A DNA stretch of 64,000 nucleotides from NCBI GenBank assembly GCA_031370005.1, contig JANMPT010000028.1, positions 96,001-160,000 of the forward strand. Direction: 5' to 3'. The notes under the pieces are model-generated. The model had not been told where the DNA came from. It made no database searches and saw only the letters and a list, made by a program, of their open reading frames with translations. This stretch comes from Bdellovibrionales bacterium. GTDB taxonomy: Bacteria; Bdellovibrionota; Bdellovibrionia; Bdellovibrionales; Bdellovibrionaceae. Position numbers and translations under genes: made by a program. Numbering within the stretch: the stretch's first letter is position 1; each line of letters starts with the position of its first letter. Positions 41,416 through 50,479 of the stretch are shown in pieces.

Positions 41416-42179
41416 GGGACTGGAACTACGACAATGAGCAATGGACAAAGTTGCCGACTTATCTGAAGCATCTTCCACTCTTCACTAGGCATGTCGATTT
41501 ATTTAGCGCGTGCATGCGCTTTTTATGGTCAATTTTTCTGAAGGATATTGTTTTTAAATTTTATATTCGTCTTAAAGTCACCGGCGGAAGCTTTGCTCAG
41601 ATTTATAAAGAACACCCAAAGTTGCTAGTAATCTCGAATCATACAAGTCATTTGGATGCGACCTCCATCGCCGCCGCTATTCCAAGGCGTTACTGGCTGG
41701 ATCTTTACATTGCTGCCGCCAAAGATTACTTTTTCACAAATCCAGTATTTACTTTTTTCTCGAAGCACTGCTTAGGAGCCATACCTATCGATCGCAAGGA
41801 TCAACATGGACAAGCAATAAATTTAATTATTCGTCTGCTCCATGATTTGCCACGAATTTGGCTGATTATTTTCCCCGAAGGCACACGCTCAAAAGATGGG
41901 AAAATTCAGGAGTTCAAACGTGGAATCAGTATTTTTGCTGAGCGCACACAAACGCCCATTCTGTTTTTGTATATCGATGGCAATGCAAATTTATGGCCAA
42001 AGGGAAAGCTTCTGCCAAAACCAGGTAAGATAGTCTTACATGTTGGCCCGGTTCATCCACCATGCGATATTAAGACAGTGTATGCTGCTTACCGGGCTTG
42101 GGTTATCACTATCAATCCAAATGCCTTTTCCTTTAACCCGCAGGAGGAATCCAATGAACACTCAGAATCTGAAACTTAA
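41412..42179 (+). CDS. Lysophospholipid acyltransferase (PlsC family)
   Basis: NHTSHLD and FPEGTRS motifs. Confidence 0.9.
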   Translation: MRDWNYDNEQWTKLPTYLKHLPLFTRHVDLFSACMRFLWSIFLKDIVFKFYIRLKVTGGSFAQIYKEHPKLLVISNHTSHLDATSIAAAIPRRYWLDLYIAAAKDYFFTNPVFTFFSKHCLGAIPIDRKDQHGQAINLIIRLLHDLPRIWLIIFPEGTRSKDGKIQEFKRGISIFAERTQTPILFLYIDGNANLWPKGKLLPKPGKIVLHVGPVHPPCDIKTVYAAYRAWVITINPNAFSFNPQEESNEHSESET

Positions 42180-43053
42180 AATTGGCTCTTATGAAATCTG
42201 TCCGATCCCCACGGGAATTTTTGGCCTTGATGGTGGCGCAATGTTTGGAACAGTCCCAAAAATTCTTTGGGAAAAAAGCAACCCACCAGATGATAAAAAC
42301 CGCATACAAATGGAAGCCCGTGGATTGCTACTTAAATCTCCTGGCTGCAATATTCTGATTGATTGTGGAAATGGCGGACATTTTGTTGCAAAATATGGGG
42401 AAAAACTTGGTACGAAATTCAATGAGATGTACAATATTGATGACGAAGGCCCTGGCCTTGAAAAATCTCTGAAGGCTCACGGCCTTGGTCTCGACGATAT
42501 AAACCACGTGATCCTGACTCATTTTCATTTTGACCATGCCGGTGGTGCGACGGTTGAAAAGGACCACAAACTTGTGCCGACTTTTTCAAAAGCTAAGTAC
42601 TATGTGCAAAAAGAAAATCTCGAAACGGCAAGCCATCCAAATCTGCGAGAAAGAGCAAGCTACTTTCCAGCAAATTATCAGCCTCTGATTGAGGCCGGAG
42701 CCCTAACGATCCTAAACGGCCCCGAAGAAAATTTACTACCAGGAGTTTCAACACTCATCTCAAATGGCCACACTCAAGGTCAACAGCTAGTCAAGGTCAC
42801 TGACGGCCATACCACTTTGTTATACTGTGGCGACGTCATCCCGACCAGCTCCCATGTAAGAGTGCCTTGGCTTATGGGCTATGATTTGCATCCGCTCCTC
42901 TTAATGGAGGAAAAACAGAAGTATCTTTCAGTGGCCGCAGATCACTGCTGGTATTTGTTCTTTGAACATGATCCTTACTGCGATTCCGCACTGATTGAAA
43001 AAAAAGGCACTGACTTTAATGTAAAGGAACGCTACTGGTTATCGGATGATTAA
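42154..43053 (+). CDS. Metallo-beta-lactamase-fold hydrolase
   Basis: LDGGAMFG.VPK, THFHFDHAGG, GHT.G and FEHD motifs; GGAGG RBS before ATG 42154. Confidence 0.9.
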   Translation: MNTQNLKLKIGSYEICPIPTGIFGLDGGAMFGTVPKILWEKSNPPDDKNRIQMEARGLLLKSPGCNILIDCGNGGHFVAKYGEKLGTKFNEMYNIDDEGPGLEKSLKAHGLGLDDINHVILTHFHFDHAGGATVEKDHKLVPTFSKAKYYVQKENLETASHPNLRERASYFPANYQPLIEAGALTILNGPEENLLPGVSTLISNGHTQGQQLVKVTDGHTTLLYCGDVIPTSSHVRVPWLMGYDLHPLLLMEEKQKYLSVAADHCWYLFFEHDPYCDSALIEKKGTDFNVKERYWLSDD

Positions 43054-43885
43054 GAGATCCCGCTCGCTTTTACGGCTTTTCTTCAAAAAGATCCCTCTGA
43101 TGGGAAAAGACATTGTCGATCAGTTTCGCGATGGCGAAATTCAACTGGTAGCGGCCTCCTTGTCCTTTTCTACTCTTTTATCAATAGTCCCTTTCTTAGC
43201 CGTAATTCTAGCGACCTTTAAATTCTTAGGTGGCGACGACATTTTATATTCCCGCGTGGAGAATCTGGTGCTGCTTTATTTTAAGGAGGCGGCGGGGCCA
43301 CAGTTTGCTTTGATCATTAAAACTGCAATCCGCAACATCCATGCCGGGGGCTTAGGACTTGTTAGTGCAGTTTTTTTAGTTTTAACAAGTTTTCGGCTGA
43401 TGCATGAAATGGAATATGGAATCCTTCGAGTGTGGAACCAAAAAAATACGCGACCTTTATTAAAGCGTTTTTTCGTCTATTGGTTTCTGGTGATTATATT
43501 GCCTGTTTTTTTAGCAATCTATGTAGGTTTCACAACCCTGGTCCGTATGCAGTTTGGGCGACAATACCTGCCGGGCGCTCTATCGGGAATGTCCACACTC
43601 TGTTTGGTCTTATATTTAACTTATAAATACGTGCCTGATATAAAGGTAAAGACTAAATCAGCCCTTTTTTCGGCCCTGCTGGCCTCTCTTGGTCTATTTG
43701 TAGTTCAGAGTACCTTCACCTGGGTCGCGATAAAGCTTTTCCGCATGAACAATATCTATGGAAGCTTTGCGGCCCTACCGATTTTTTTGATTTGGGTACT
43801 CACAATTTGGTTTGTAATTTTGGGTGGCGTGGCTATCTGCGCCTCAACCCAAAGACGCCAATTGTTAGAGAATGACTTGACTTAG
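43046..43885 (+). CDS. YihY/virulence factor BrkB family membrane protein
   Basis: AASLSFSTLLSIVP and YGSFAALPIFLIWV motifs. Confidence 0.88.
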   Translation: MIKRSRSLLRLFFKKIPLMGKDIVDQFRDGEIQLVAASLSFSTLLSIVPFLAVILATFKFLGGDDILYSRVENLVLLYFKEAAGPQFALIIKTAIRNIHAGGLGLVSAVFLVLTSFRLMHEMEYGILRVWNQKNTRPLLKRFFVYWFLVIILPVFLAIYVGFTTLVRMQFGRQYLPGALSGMSTLCLVLYLTYKYVPDIKVKTKSALFSALLASLGLFVVQSTFTWVAIKLFRMNNIYGSFAALPIFLIWVLTIWFVILGGVAICASTQRRQLLENDLT

Positions 43886-43905
43886 AGCGTCCCAATTCAT
43901 AAACC
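43877..43905 (+). promoter_or_regulatory. Putative sigma70 promoter of the tRNA locus
   Basis: TTGACT-17 nt-TAAACC, about 20 nt before the tRNA 5'-half copy. Confidence 0.4.
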
Positions 43906-43926
43906 TTAAAACTCGAATTTCATCTC

Positions 43927-43966
43927 GGTGCTGTAGCTCAGCTGGATAGAGCAATTGCCTTCTAAG
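43927..43966 (+). pseudogene. 5' half of tRNA-Arg(UCU), truncated just after the anticodon loop (attL-like)
   Basis: 37/40 nt identical to 44061-44100, with the last 24 nt identical; no T-arm or acceptor 3' strand follows. Confidence 0.85.
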
Positions 43967-44100
43967 GTGTTGCTCCATTGTACGGTAGCTGAAAGGACTA
44001 AGGTTTTTTGGATATTTTTTTTTGTGACAGTGATTTTGACAGTTGAACGTTCTTTGAAATGGTACCGTAGCTCAGTTGGATAGAGCAATTGCCTTCTAAG
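43967..44100. mobile_element. Putative 134-bp gene-less integrated element or scar at the tRNA-Arg anticodon loop
   Basis: Bounded by the duplicated tRNA 5' half. Contains inverted copies of tRNA 5' segments (TTGCTC, TACGGTA) and TGACAGT direct repeats. Confidence 0.5.
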
Positions 44101-44137
44101 CAATAGGTCCCTGGTTCGAATCCAGGCGGTATCACCA
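44061..44137 (+). tRNA. tRNA-Arg (anticodon TCT)
   Basis: Cloverleaf: acceptor GGTACCG/CGGTATC, D-arm GCTC/GAGC, anticodon stem ATTGC/GCAAT with loop CTTCTAA, T-loop TTCGAAT, encoded CCA. Confidence 0.97.
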
Positions 44138-44178
44138 ATTTCTCTTTTTTTTTCAATAACTTACAATTTCGATTTTTT

Positions 44179-44210
44179 CTACTGTCAGCGTTTTTCATCG
44201 CTGACAGTAG
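44179..44210. repeat. Perfect 12-bp inverted repeat
   Basis: CTACTGTCAGCG-8 nt-CGCTGACAGTAG; no U-tract follows on either strand; contains the TGACAGT motif also found upstream of the tRNA. Confidence 0.8.
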
Positions 44211-44500
44211 GGCTAGAAGGTAACGACCATGCCGAGGAATGCATCATTAGAGCCAAAGCCCGACGCAAGCGCCAGCGCTTCAAGAAACCAAAACGTCTGT
44301 GACAACTTCAAGTTTTCAGAGCTTGAAGAACTATTCTTAGAGCAGTGGAAAGGTTTTTTCACTCCAGACAGATTTCGCTTACGGACTTGCTCGAAGACTC
44401 TGGTCAATGGGGCCTTTGCGAACGCCGAGATGCTCCGCAAACTCGAATCTTGAATCGAGAGTCTTGCCCTTGCTGCAAAAAATTCTGTTTAGATTTTTAA

Positions 44501-44887
44501 ATGAAGATGACGAGTTTTATTTTTCTCATAGTTTTTTTTAATTCAACGAGCTGGGCACAAATAAACGAACTCGAAATTCAAAGAGAAGACGTAAGGCAAG
44601 TTCTTCGGACTCGTGCTTGTGGAGTCTGCCATATTCCACTTGGAAACGAAAAGGCTCTGAAAATCTATAATTTGGACAATGCAAATTGGTATATGACTCT
44701 TTCAGACAAGCAATTGGAGCAATTTAAATGGCGCATTCTAGTCAAAGGCGATGAAATAAAAGAGATGCACGGCAATCCGAAAAAGCACCAATTTACTGAA
44801 TTTGAGATTCAAGCTGTCACCAAGTACGTTGATACTGAAATCAAAAGTCGAGATCCAATCAAAAATTTTCTACATCTAATCAGATAG
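44501..44887 (+). CDS. Small secreted putative monoheme c-type cytochrome
   Basis: Signal peptide; single CxxCH motif (CGVCH); downstream Met/His candidates for the distal ligand. Confidence 0.55.
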   Translation: MKMTSFIFLIVFFNSTSWAQINELEIQREDVRQVLRTRACGVCHIPLGNEKALKIYNLDNANWYMTLSDKQLEQFKWRILVKGDEIKEMHGNPKKHQFTEFEIQAVTKYVDTEIKSRDPIKNFLHLIR

Positions 44888-45010
44888 TCGCTCTGACGAA
44901 GGTCGAGATCATTTTCGCGAAGCCAGTTGCGTAGAAGGCTGCATTTCCGGCATAAAATGCAGATCTTCATGCAAATAGCCAAATGTTTCATTATGAGAAA
45001 ACTTTCTTTA

Positions 45011-45048
45011 TCATGTGTTTACAATCACTTATGATGTAAATTACATGA
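45011..45048. promoter_or_regulatory. Imperfect palindrome upstream of the abiEi-like gene (putative autoregulatory operator)
   Basis: TCATGT.TTTACA.....TGTAAA..ACATGA dyad, about 70 nt before the ATG. Confidence 0.5.
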
Positions 45049-45116
45049 CATTTAAATAATTTTCTTTACATTTAAAAGGCTCTCGCCGATACTATCATTG
45101 GAGAAATGAGACGTTT

Positions 45117-45704
45117 ATGAACGCTTTAGAGAGAATGAAAAAATATCTAGTTCCAGGACAAGCCTATCGCAGAAGCGAGCTTGCCGCTCTTTCTTCAAAT
45201 GTTGATAGAAATCTCCATTCTCTAGTAAAGGAAGGTTTCCTAAAAAAACTCTCTACAGGTCTTTATCTCGCTCCTAAAAAAACAGCCTTTGGAGATGCTT
45301 TACCAGAAGAGAACTCTTTGCTTGAAACATTTCTCAACGACGACCATTTTGTTGTTTATAGCCCAAGTCAGTTCAACTCCCTGGGATTAGGCTCTACGCA
45401 ACTTTATAACTTAAGAGTAGTCTTCAATCGAAAAAGAACTGGCGAACTTACTGTTGGCGGCAGAACGTATTCTTTCAAACTTTGGAGAGAAGCTCCCAAG
45501 GCGTTGTCCGAAGAATTTTTAGTTGTTGAGTTGCTAAATAGAATAAATGAACTTGCCGAAGATCGCGAGGCTTTGCTTGCAAGACTTCGAGAAAAGCTTC
45601 CTACCTTCAATAAGGCGAAATTGCATAATGCTGCCAATCGCTTTGGAACTTTATCTGCTCAGAAAAAACTAAAAACGCTTCTACAAGATCAACAAAAGGC
45701 CTAA
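45117..45704 (+). CDS. AbiEi-like antitoxin / wHTH transcriptional regulator
   Basis: N-terminal wHTH-like segment (L..LVKEG.LKKLSTGLY); LGLGSTQ motif; directly upstream of an AbiEii gene. Confidence 0.75.
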   Translation: MNALERMKKYLVPGQAYRRSELAALSSNVDRNLHSLVKEGFLKKLSTGLYLAPKKTAFGDALPEENSLLETFLNDDHFVVYSPSQFNSLGLGSTQLYNLRVVFNRKRTGELTVGGRTYSFKLWREAPKALSEEFLVVELLNRINELAEDREALLARLREKLPTFNKAKLHNAANRFGTLSAQKKLKTLLQDQQKA

Positions 45705-45709
45705 AGACA

Positions 45710-46684
45710 ATGGCAAATTTTCTTCATGAACATGCAGACTTTAAAGCCCTTTTGGAGATAGTAGCTCAAGAGCAAAATATTAAAGATCCGTATTTGGTCG
45801 AAAAAGACTATTGGATCATGCATTGCCTCTGGGGACTCGCTGACTTAGGCCTTAAGTTTGAGCTAAAAGGTGGAACTTCGCTTTCAAAAGGTTATCAATG
45901 CATTAACCGTTTTTCTGAAGACATTGATATAAAAATTAATCCTCATACGCTTTATAAAGAGCCACTTTTTATTGGGAAAAACCAACAGAATGACAAACAC
46001 ATTGAATCACGCAAAAAATTTTTTGAGTGGATTCGAAGTTTTCTAGATGAAAAAATCCACGGACTAACTTCGGTAATTCATGATACGAATTTTGATGATG
46101 AAGATTCTCGAAGTTGCGGCATTAGGCTAATTTACAAATCGCACTTTGGAATACCCACTGGTGGATTGAAAGAAGGCGTTTTATTAGAAATTGGTTTTGA
46201 TACAACTACACCAAATCAACCATTAGATATTTGCTCTTGGGCTCTAGAAAAAGCACGAGGTACACCGAGCGTTGATGTCAAAGACAACAGCGCAAAAGGC
46301 GTTATTTGTTATGAGCCAAAGCATACATTTGTTGAAAAGCTTCAGGCTGTCGTAAAAAAATTTAAGCAATACAAAGATGGAAAAAAAGGGAAAGGAAACC
46401 TGCCTGAAAATTTCATCAGGCACTATTACGATTTGTACCAATTGATTGACAGAAAAGATGTACAAGAATTTATTGGGACGCCCCAATACAATGAATTTAA
46501 AAAGGAACGCTTTAAGTCGTTAGATAATAAAGTTTCGAATAGCGATGCGTTCAAATTATCAAACGCAGAAGACAAAACTATCTTTGAAAAAGAGTACAAT
46601 CGAAGCTCAGATCTGTATTACAGGGGTCGCCCAACCCTTGACGAAATCCTCCAGAGATTCGCCAAGGACTTAGAACGTCTTTAA
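45710..46684 (+). CDS. AbiEii/AbiGii nucleotidyltransferase toxin (type IV TA)
   Basis: VEKDYW, KGGTSLSK, RFSEDID, EKL and RHYYD motifs. Confidence 0.9.
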   Translation: MANFLHEHADFKALLEIVAQEQNIKDPYLVEKDYWIMHCLWGLADLGLKFELKGGTSLSKGYQCINRFSEDIDIKINPHTLYKEPLFIGKNQQNDKHIESRKKFFEWIRSFLDEKIHGLTSVIHDTNFDDEDSRSCGIRLIYKSHFGIPTGGLKEGVLLEIGFDTTTPNQPLDICSWALEKARGTPSVDVKDNSAKGVICYEPKHTFVEKLQAVVKKFKQYKDGKKGKGNLPENFIRHYYDLYQLIDRKDVQEFIGTPQYNEFKKERFKSLDNKVSNSDAFKLSNAEDKTIFEKEYNRSSDLYYRGRPTLDEILQRFAKDLERL

Positions 46685-47008
46685 TACATTTCGTTTTTAC
46701 TTTGATGCAATATCCATTCGAAAAAATTCATTTTCAGAAAATTAAATGCCAATTTCAATGTAGCAAAAAATAGAAAAGGGCCATTACGCAAAACCGTAAG
46801 GTGTTTCAATTTAACTCCTCAACAAAGAAAACGCCAATTCTTCACTCACACTTTTTCAAACATAAAGATCTCTATAACCCAAAAATGCAAATTACACATC
46901 AAAATGAAACTAGTTATGTAATGTTTTATATACTACGTGGGTCGGATAATCATGACACACCTTCTTGCCGAAGAGTCCGACTCTGAATATTGGCGTTGAT
47001 AAGCTTCA

Positions 47009-47134
47009 TTATTTCTTTGAAATCTTATTAATCAAGACAGCCAGCAAGACCACCACCAGGACGCCGATCACAGGCCAAATCCACATCCCTCCAACCATCG
47101 CACCATTCATCCAACCAACTCTATAATTCATCAT
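47009..47134 (-). CDS. 41-aa Met/Gly/Trp-rich single-pass membrane peptide (not in the ORF track)
   Basis: Translated by hand: MMNYRVGWMNGAMVGGMWIWPVIGVLVVVLLAVLINKISKK; GAGAG upstream; co-oriented downstream of the CzcA-like gene. Confidence 0.65.
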   Translation of the reverse strand: MMNYRVGWMNGAMVGGMWIWPVIGVLVVVLLAVLINKISKK

Positions 47135-47323
47135 AAAGACCAACACTCTCTTTAGCGTATTTTATGAGACCCTATATTCCAGATCGCCAGTTCTTCAAAT
47201 CAACAATTAAAAGGCGAAAAGTCCTTTCGCTAAGGTTCTACGCTACTATGAAATTATTATGAAGATGTGATAAGTCGTTGCTGTTTTAAGCCAGAGCAAT
47301 GAAAAATCAGGTTAATTGGCACT

Positions 47324-50300
47324 CTATTTAGTCTTTCCTTCTTCAAGCCAAATGTACAATGCGGGCAACAAAATAAGTGTCAACAATGTAGAAGAAATTA
47401 GTCCTCCAATGACAACAGTCGCCAGTGGCCTTTGAACTTCTGCGCCCATCCCAGTATTTAAAGCCATTGGAAGAAATCCAAGTCCAGCCACAAGTGCCGT
47501 CATAATCACCGGGCGGAGTCTTGTCGTGGCCCCAAAAATAACTGCATCCCGTACCGCCACACCCTTTACACGCTGCTGATTGATGAAGTCCACAAGTACC
47601 ATGCTATTTAAAATAGCGATTCCCAAGAGGGCGATAAAACCCACCCCGGCAGAAATACTAAATGAAATTCCGCGAAGATATAGTGACAGTATTCCCCCTG
47701 TAACAGCCAGTGGAATACTGCTATATACCAGCAACGTTAACCTTATGCTTTCAAAGTTTTTAAGCAAAATCATAAAAATGATCAAAAGGGTGATCGGCAC
47801 AATCAAGAGCAATCTCAGTCTTGCCTTCTCGAGATTTTTAAATTGCCCACCCCAATCAAGAGTATATCCCTTTTCGAGGTTTAATTCCGACTCTATTTTT
47901 TTCTTGGCCTCAGTCACGAAACTCGCAACATCCCTGTCCTTTAAAAAAATTGAGAGTGCCGCATACCTTTTCGAATAACTTCTAGCTATTGTTGTCACTT
48001 GCTCAGTTTGATCAAAACTTGCAATTGATTTAAGAGGGACACTCCCACCGTCAGGCAATCCAATGGGTATGTTTTCAATAAACTTAGGAGACTCCCTTTG
48101 CTCTTCGGAAAGATGAAGTATAATTGGAAATCGTCGGTCTGCCTCGTGGAAATTTCCCACCCGAATTCCCCCCATAGCCATTTGTAAAGTACTATTGGCT
48201 TCACTCAGACTTACTCCTAACTTCGCCATTTTTTCATAGTTAAGATTAATGTCCAACATAGGACTTTTTCTTAAAGCAGTGAGCGCGTCCATCTCGGACT
48301 CATCAACTCCTTCAATTTTTTCTATAATCTCTTTTGACCTATCAATATACTCGACCAACTTATTCAGGTCTGGTCCAAATATCCTCAACGCGACATCAGC
48401 TCTACTGCCCTCTAATATCTCGTTGAACCTCATCTCAATGGGTTGTGAGGGGCTAAACTCGTGCCCTGGCAGCTCTTTTTTAATTCTGTCAGCGATCACC
48501 TCATATAGCTCATTCTTTGTCCTAGCCCGAACCGTCCCATCTTCCATTTTAATTTTTGGCCACTGATCGTGATCTTTTTTTAGAATTATAAAGGTATCTG
48601 CAAAATTCACTCCCATTGGATCGGTTGCAGATTCTGGTGTACCCATTCTGGAAAATGCTATGTCTACCTCAGGAAAGGTCCTAATGATCACTTCCGCTTT
48701 ATTTTGTTCTTTAATCGACTCATCTATACCAATGCCAGTGTCCCTAACAAGTCCGATGACAAGATCCCCTTCGTCGAGTTGAGGTATGAAATCAGACCCG
48801 AGATGCGTAAATAAAAAACCACAAACCAAGGCAAAGCCAATCGCACAGCTTACAACAATATTTCTATTCTGAATTCCAAAAAAAAGCATGGGTCTGTATA
48901 ACCTACTTATAGCGGAAAAAGCTTTGGGCTCCTGATGCACACCTGTACTCTTCGGGAATTTAATAAATATAAAGCCTAATATCGGCATAAGCATGAACGC
49001 AATTAAGAGACTTGCCCCCAGGGCCATCAAGACAGTCATTGCCATAGGATGAAACATCTTCCCTTCAATGCCCTCAAGGGCCAAAATAGGAACATAGACC
49101 ACCATAATTATGAAAAGACCAAGGACAACTGGCTTTGCCACCTCAAGAGCCGAGTCTTTTACCAGCTCCAATTTCTGAGCAATAGACAGACTCTGAGGGT
49201 TTATTTGTTCTTCAAAACGCCGCAAAAGATTTTCTATCATAACAACAGAGCCATCGACAAGAAGTCCGAAATCTATCGCACCTAATGACATAAGATTCGC
49301 TGAAATCCCAAAGAACCTCATACCAATAAAAGCAAAAAGCATCGATACAGGGATTGATAAAGCCACCAAAACTGATGCGCGAAAGTTGCCAAGTAGCAAA
49401 AGTAACACGACTATGACGAGGGCGGCCCCCTCTGCCAGGCTTTTTGCGACAGTTTTAATTGTTTGATTGACTAGAAAACTGCGCGTATAGACAACATCAA
49501 TTTGGACATCATCAGGAAGTTGAAGCTTATTAATAGCCTCTACTACATCGATAGAGACCTCACGACTATTAGCTCCGATATACATAAGGGCAGTACCAAG
49601 CACCGTCTCACGTCCGTTATAAGTGGCCGCACCAAGACGCTGTGAGTGATCTTCTCTGACATTTGCCACCTTGCTTAGAGGAACCACTTCGCCACGAACT
49701 CCAATTTTAATCGGTATTTTTTCAATTATTTTAAGATCTGGAAGCTTACTTGAGGCGCGAACAATAATTTGCCTTCCATTCTCTTGAATATACCCCCCAC
49801 CGTAACTATCACCAATCGTCTGTAGCTTCTTGTAAAGATCTTCAAAAGTAATCCCATATTTCTCCATGGCCAAAATGTCGGCATTCACGTGTATTTCTTT
49901 TCTGTAACCACCCGAGCTATCTACCTCAGCTATACCAGAAACTTTCTTAAGTTGAGCCCTGACAATATAGTCCTGAATCGTCCTTAGATAGAGAAGTCTT
50001 TGTTTTTCAGGAGTCTTCTCTAGGTCCGATCCTGGCCTGGCAACCACAGTGTACATCACCACCTCGCCGAGTCCGGTCGTCACTGGAGCAAGCTCTGGGG
50101 TAACCCCCTCTGGTAACAGTTCCCTTAGGTTTTGAAGTCGCTGCGACACCTGCTGGCGAACAAAATAGAGGTCTGTTCCATCCTTGAACACCAGTATGAC
50201 TTGAGATAACCCATACTTTGAAATAGAACGTATGTCCTCTAGACCATGCAGCCCTGACATTTCAGTTTCGACAACTGAAGTTACCGTCTTCTCAATTTTT

Positions 50301-50476
50301 TCAGGATCCAGAGCCCCCGTCTTTGCATTAATCATAACTTGTACATTAGTAATGTCTGGAACCGCATCAATCGGCAGTTTAGTTACCTCAAATAAACCCC
50401 ACAGGCTTCCTACAGCAAACATACCTACAATCCACGTACGGTTCTTGAATGTGGTTTCGATGATACTTTTAAACAT
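47324..50476 (-). CDS. CzcA/CusA family heavy-metal efflux RND transporter
   Basis: IDAVPDITNVQV, SLGAIDFGLLVDGSVVMIEN, RLRPVIMTA and QRPLATVVIGG motifs. Confidence 0.93.
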   Translation of the reverse strand: MFKSIIETTFKNRTWIVGMFAVGSLWGLFEVTKLPIDAVPDITNVQVMINAKTGALDPEKIEKTVTSVVETEMSGLHGLEDIRSISKYGLSQVILVFKDGTDLYFVRQQVSQRLQNLRELLPEGVTPELAPVTTGLGEVVMYTVVARPGSDLEKTPEKQRLLYLRTIQDYIVRAQLKKVSGIAEVDSSGGYRKEIHVNADILAMEKYGITFEDLYKKLQTIGDSYGGGYIQENGRQIIVRASSKLPDLKIIEKIPIKIGVRGEVVPLSKVANVREDHSQRLGAATYNGRETVLGTALMYIGANSREVSIDVVEAINKLQLPDDVQIDVVYTRSFLVNQTIKTVAKSLAEGAALVIVVLLLLLGNFRASVLVALSIPVSMLFAFIGMRFFGISANLMSLGAIDFGLLVDGSVVMIENLLRRFEEQINPQSLSIAQKLELVKDSALEVAKPVVLGLFIIMVVYVPILALEGIEGKMFHPMAMTVLMALGASLLIAFMLMPILGFIFIKFPKSTGVHQEPKAFSAISRLYRPMLFFGIQNRNIVVSCAIGFALVCGFLFTHLGSDFIPQLDEGDLVIGLVRDTGIGIDESIKEQNKAEVIIRTFPEVDIAFSRMGTPESATDPMGVNFADTFIILKKDHDQWPKIKMEDGTVRARTKNELYEVIADRIKKELPGHEFSPSQPIEMRFNEILEGSRADVALRIFGPDLNKLVEYIDRSKEIIEKIEGVDESEMDALTALRKSPMLDINLNYEKMAKLGVSLSEANSTLQMAMGGIRVGNFHEADRRFPIILHLSEEQRESPKFIENIPIGLPDGGSVPLKSIASFDQTEQVTTIARSYSKRYAALSIFLKDRDVASFVTEAKKKIESELNLEKGYTLDWGGQFKNLEKARLRLLLIVPITLLIIFMILLKNFESIRLTLLVYSSIPLAVTGGILSLYLRGISFSISAGVGFIALLGIAILNSMVLVDFINQQRVKGVAVRDAVIFGATTRLRPVIMTALVAGLGFLPMALNTGMGAEVQRPLATVVIGGLISSTLLTLILLPALYIWLEEGKTK

Positions 50477-50479
50477 AAA

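Noticed and set aside
43967..44060. Group I intron or split/permuted tRNA
   Set aside because: 94 nt is too short and has no intron core. A complete uninterrupted tRNA follows, so no splicing is needed.
43906..44198. ORFs 43906-44103 and 43998-44198 with a repeated LEGNCSIQLSY peptide
   Set aside because: These are antisense translations of the tRNA and its duplicated half.
44213..44453. Short overlapping ORFs (74-75 aa) after the tRNA as an integrase remnant
   Set aside because: No tyrosine- or serine-recombinase motifs recognisable in either frame.
46690..47000. AT-rich gap with a 61-aa ORF (46801-46986)
   Set aside because: No RBS, no recognisable motif and no repeat structure.
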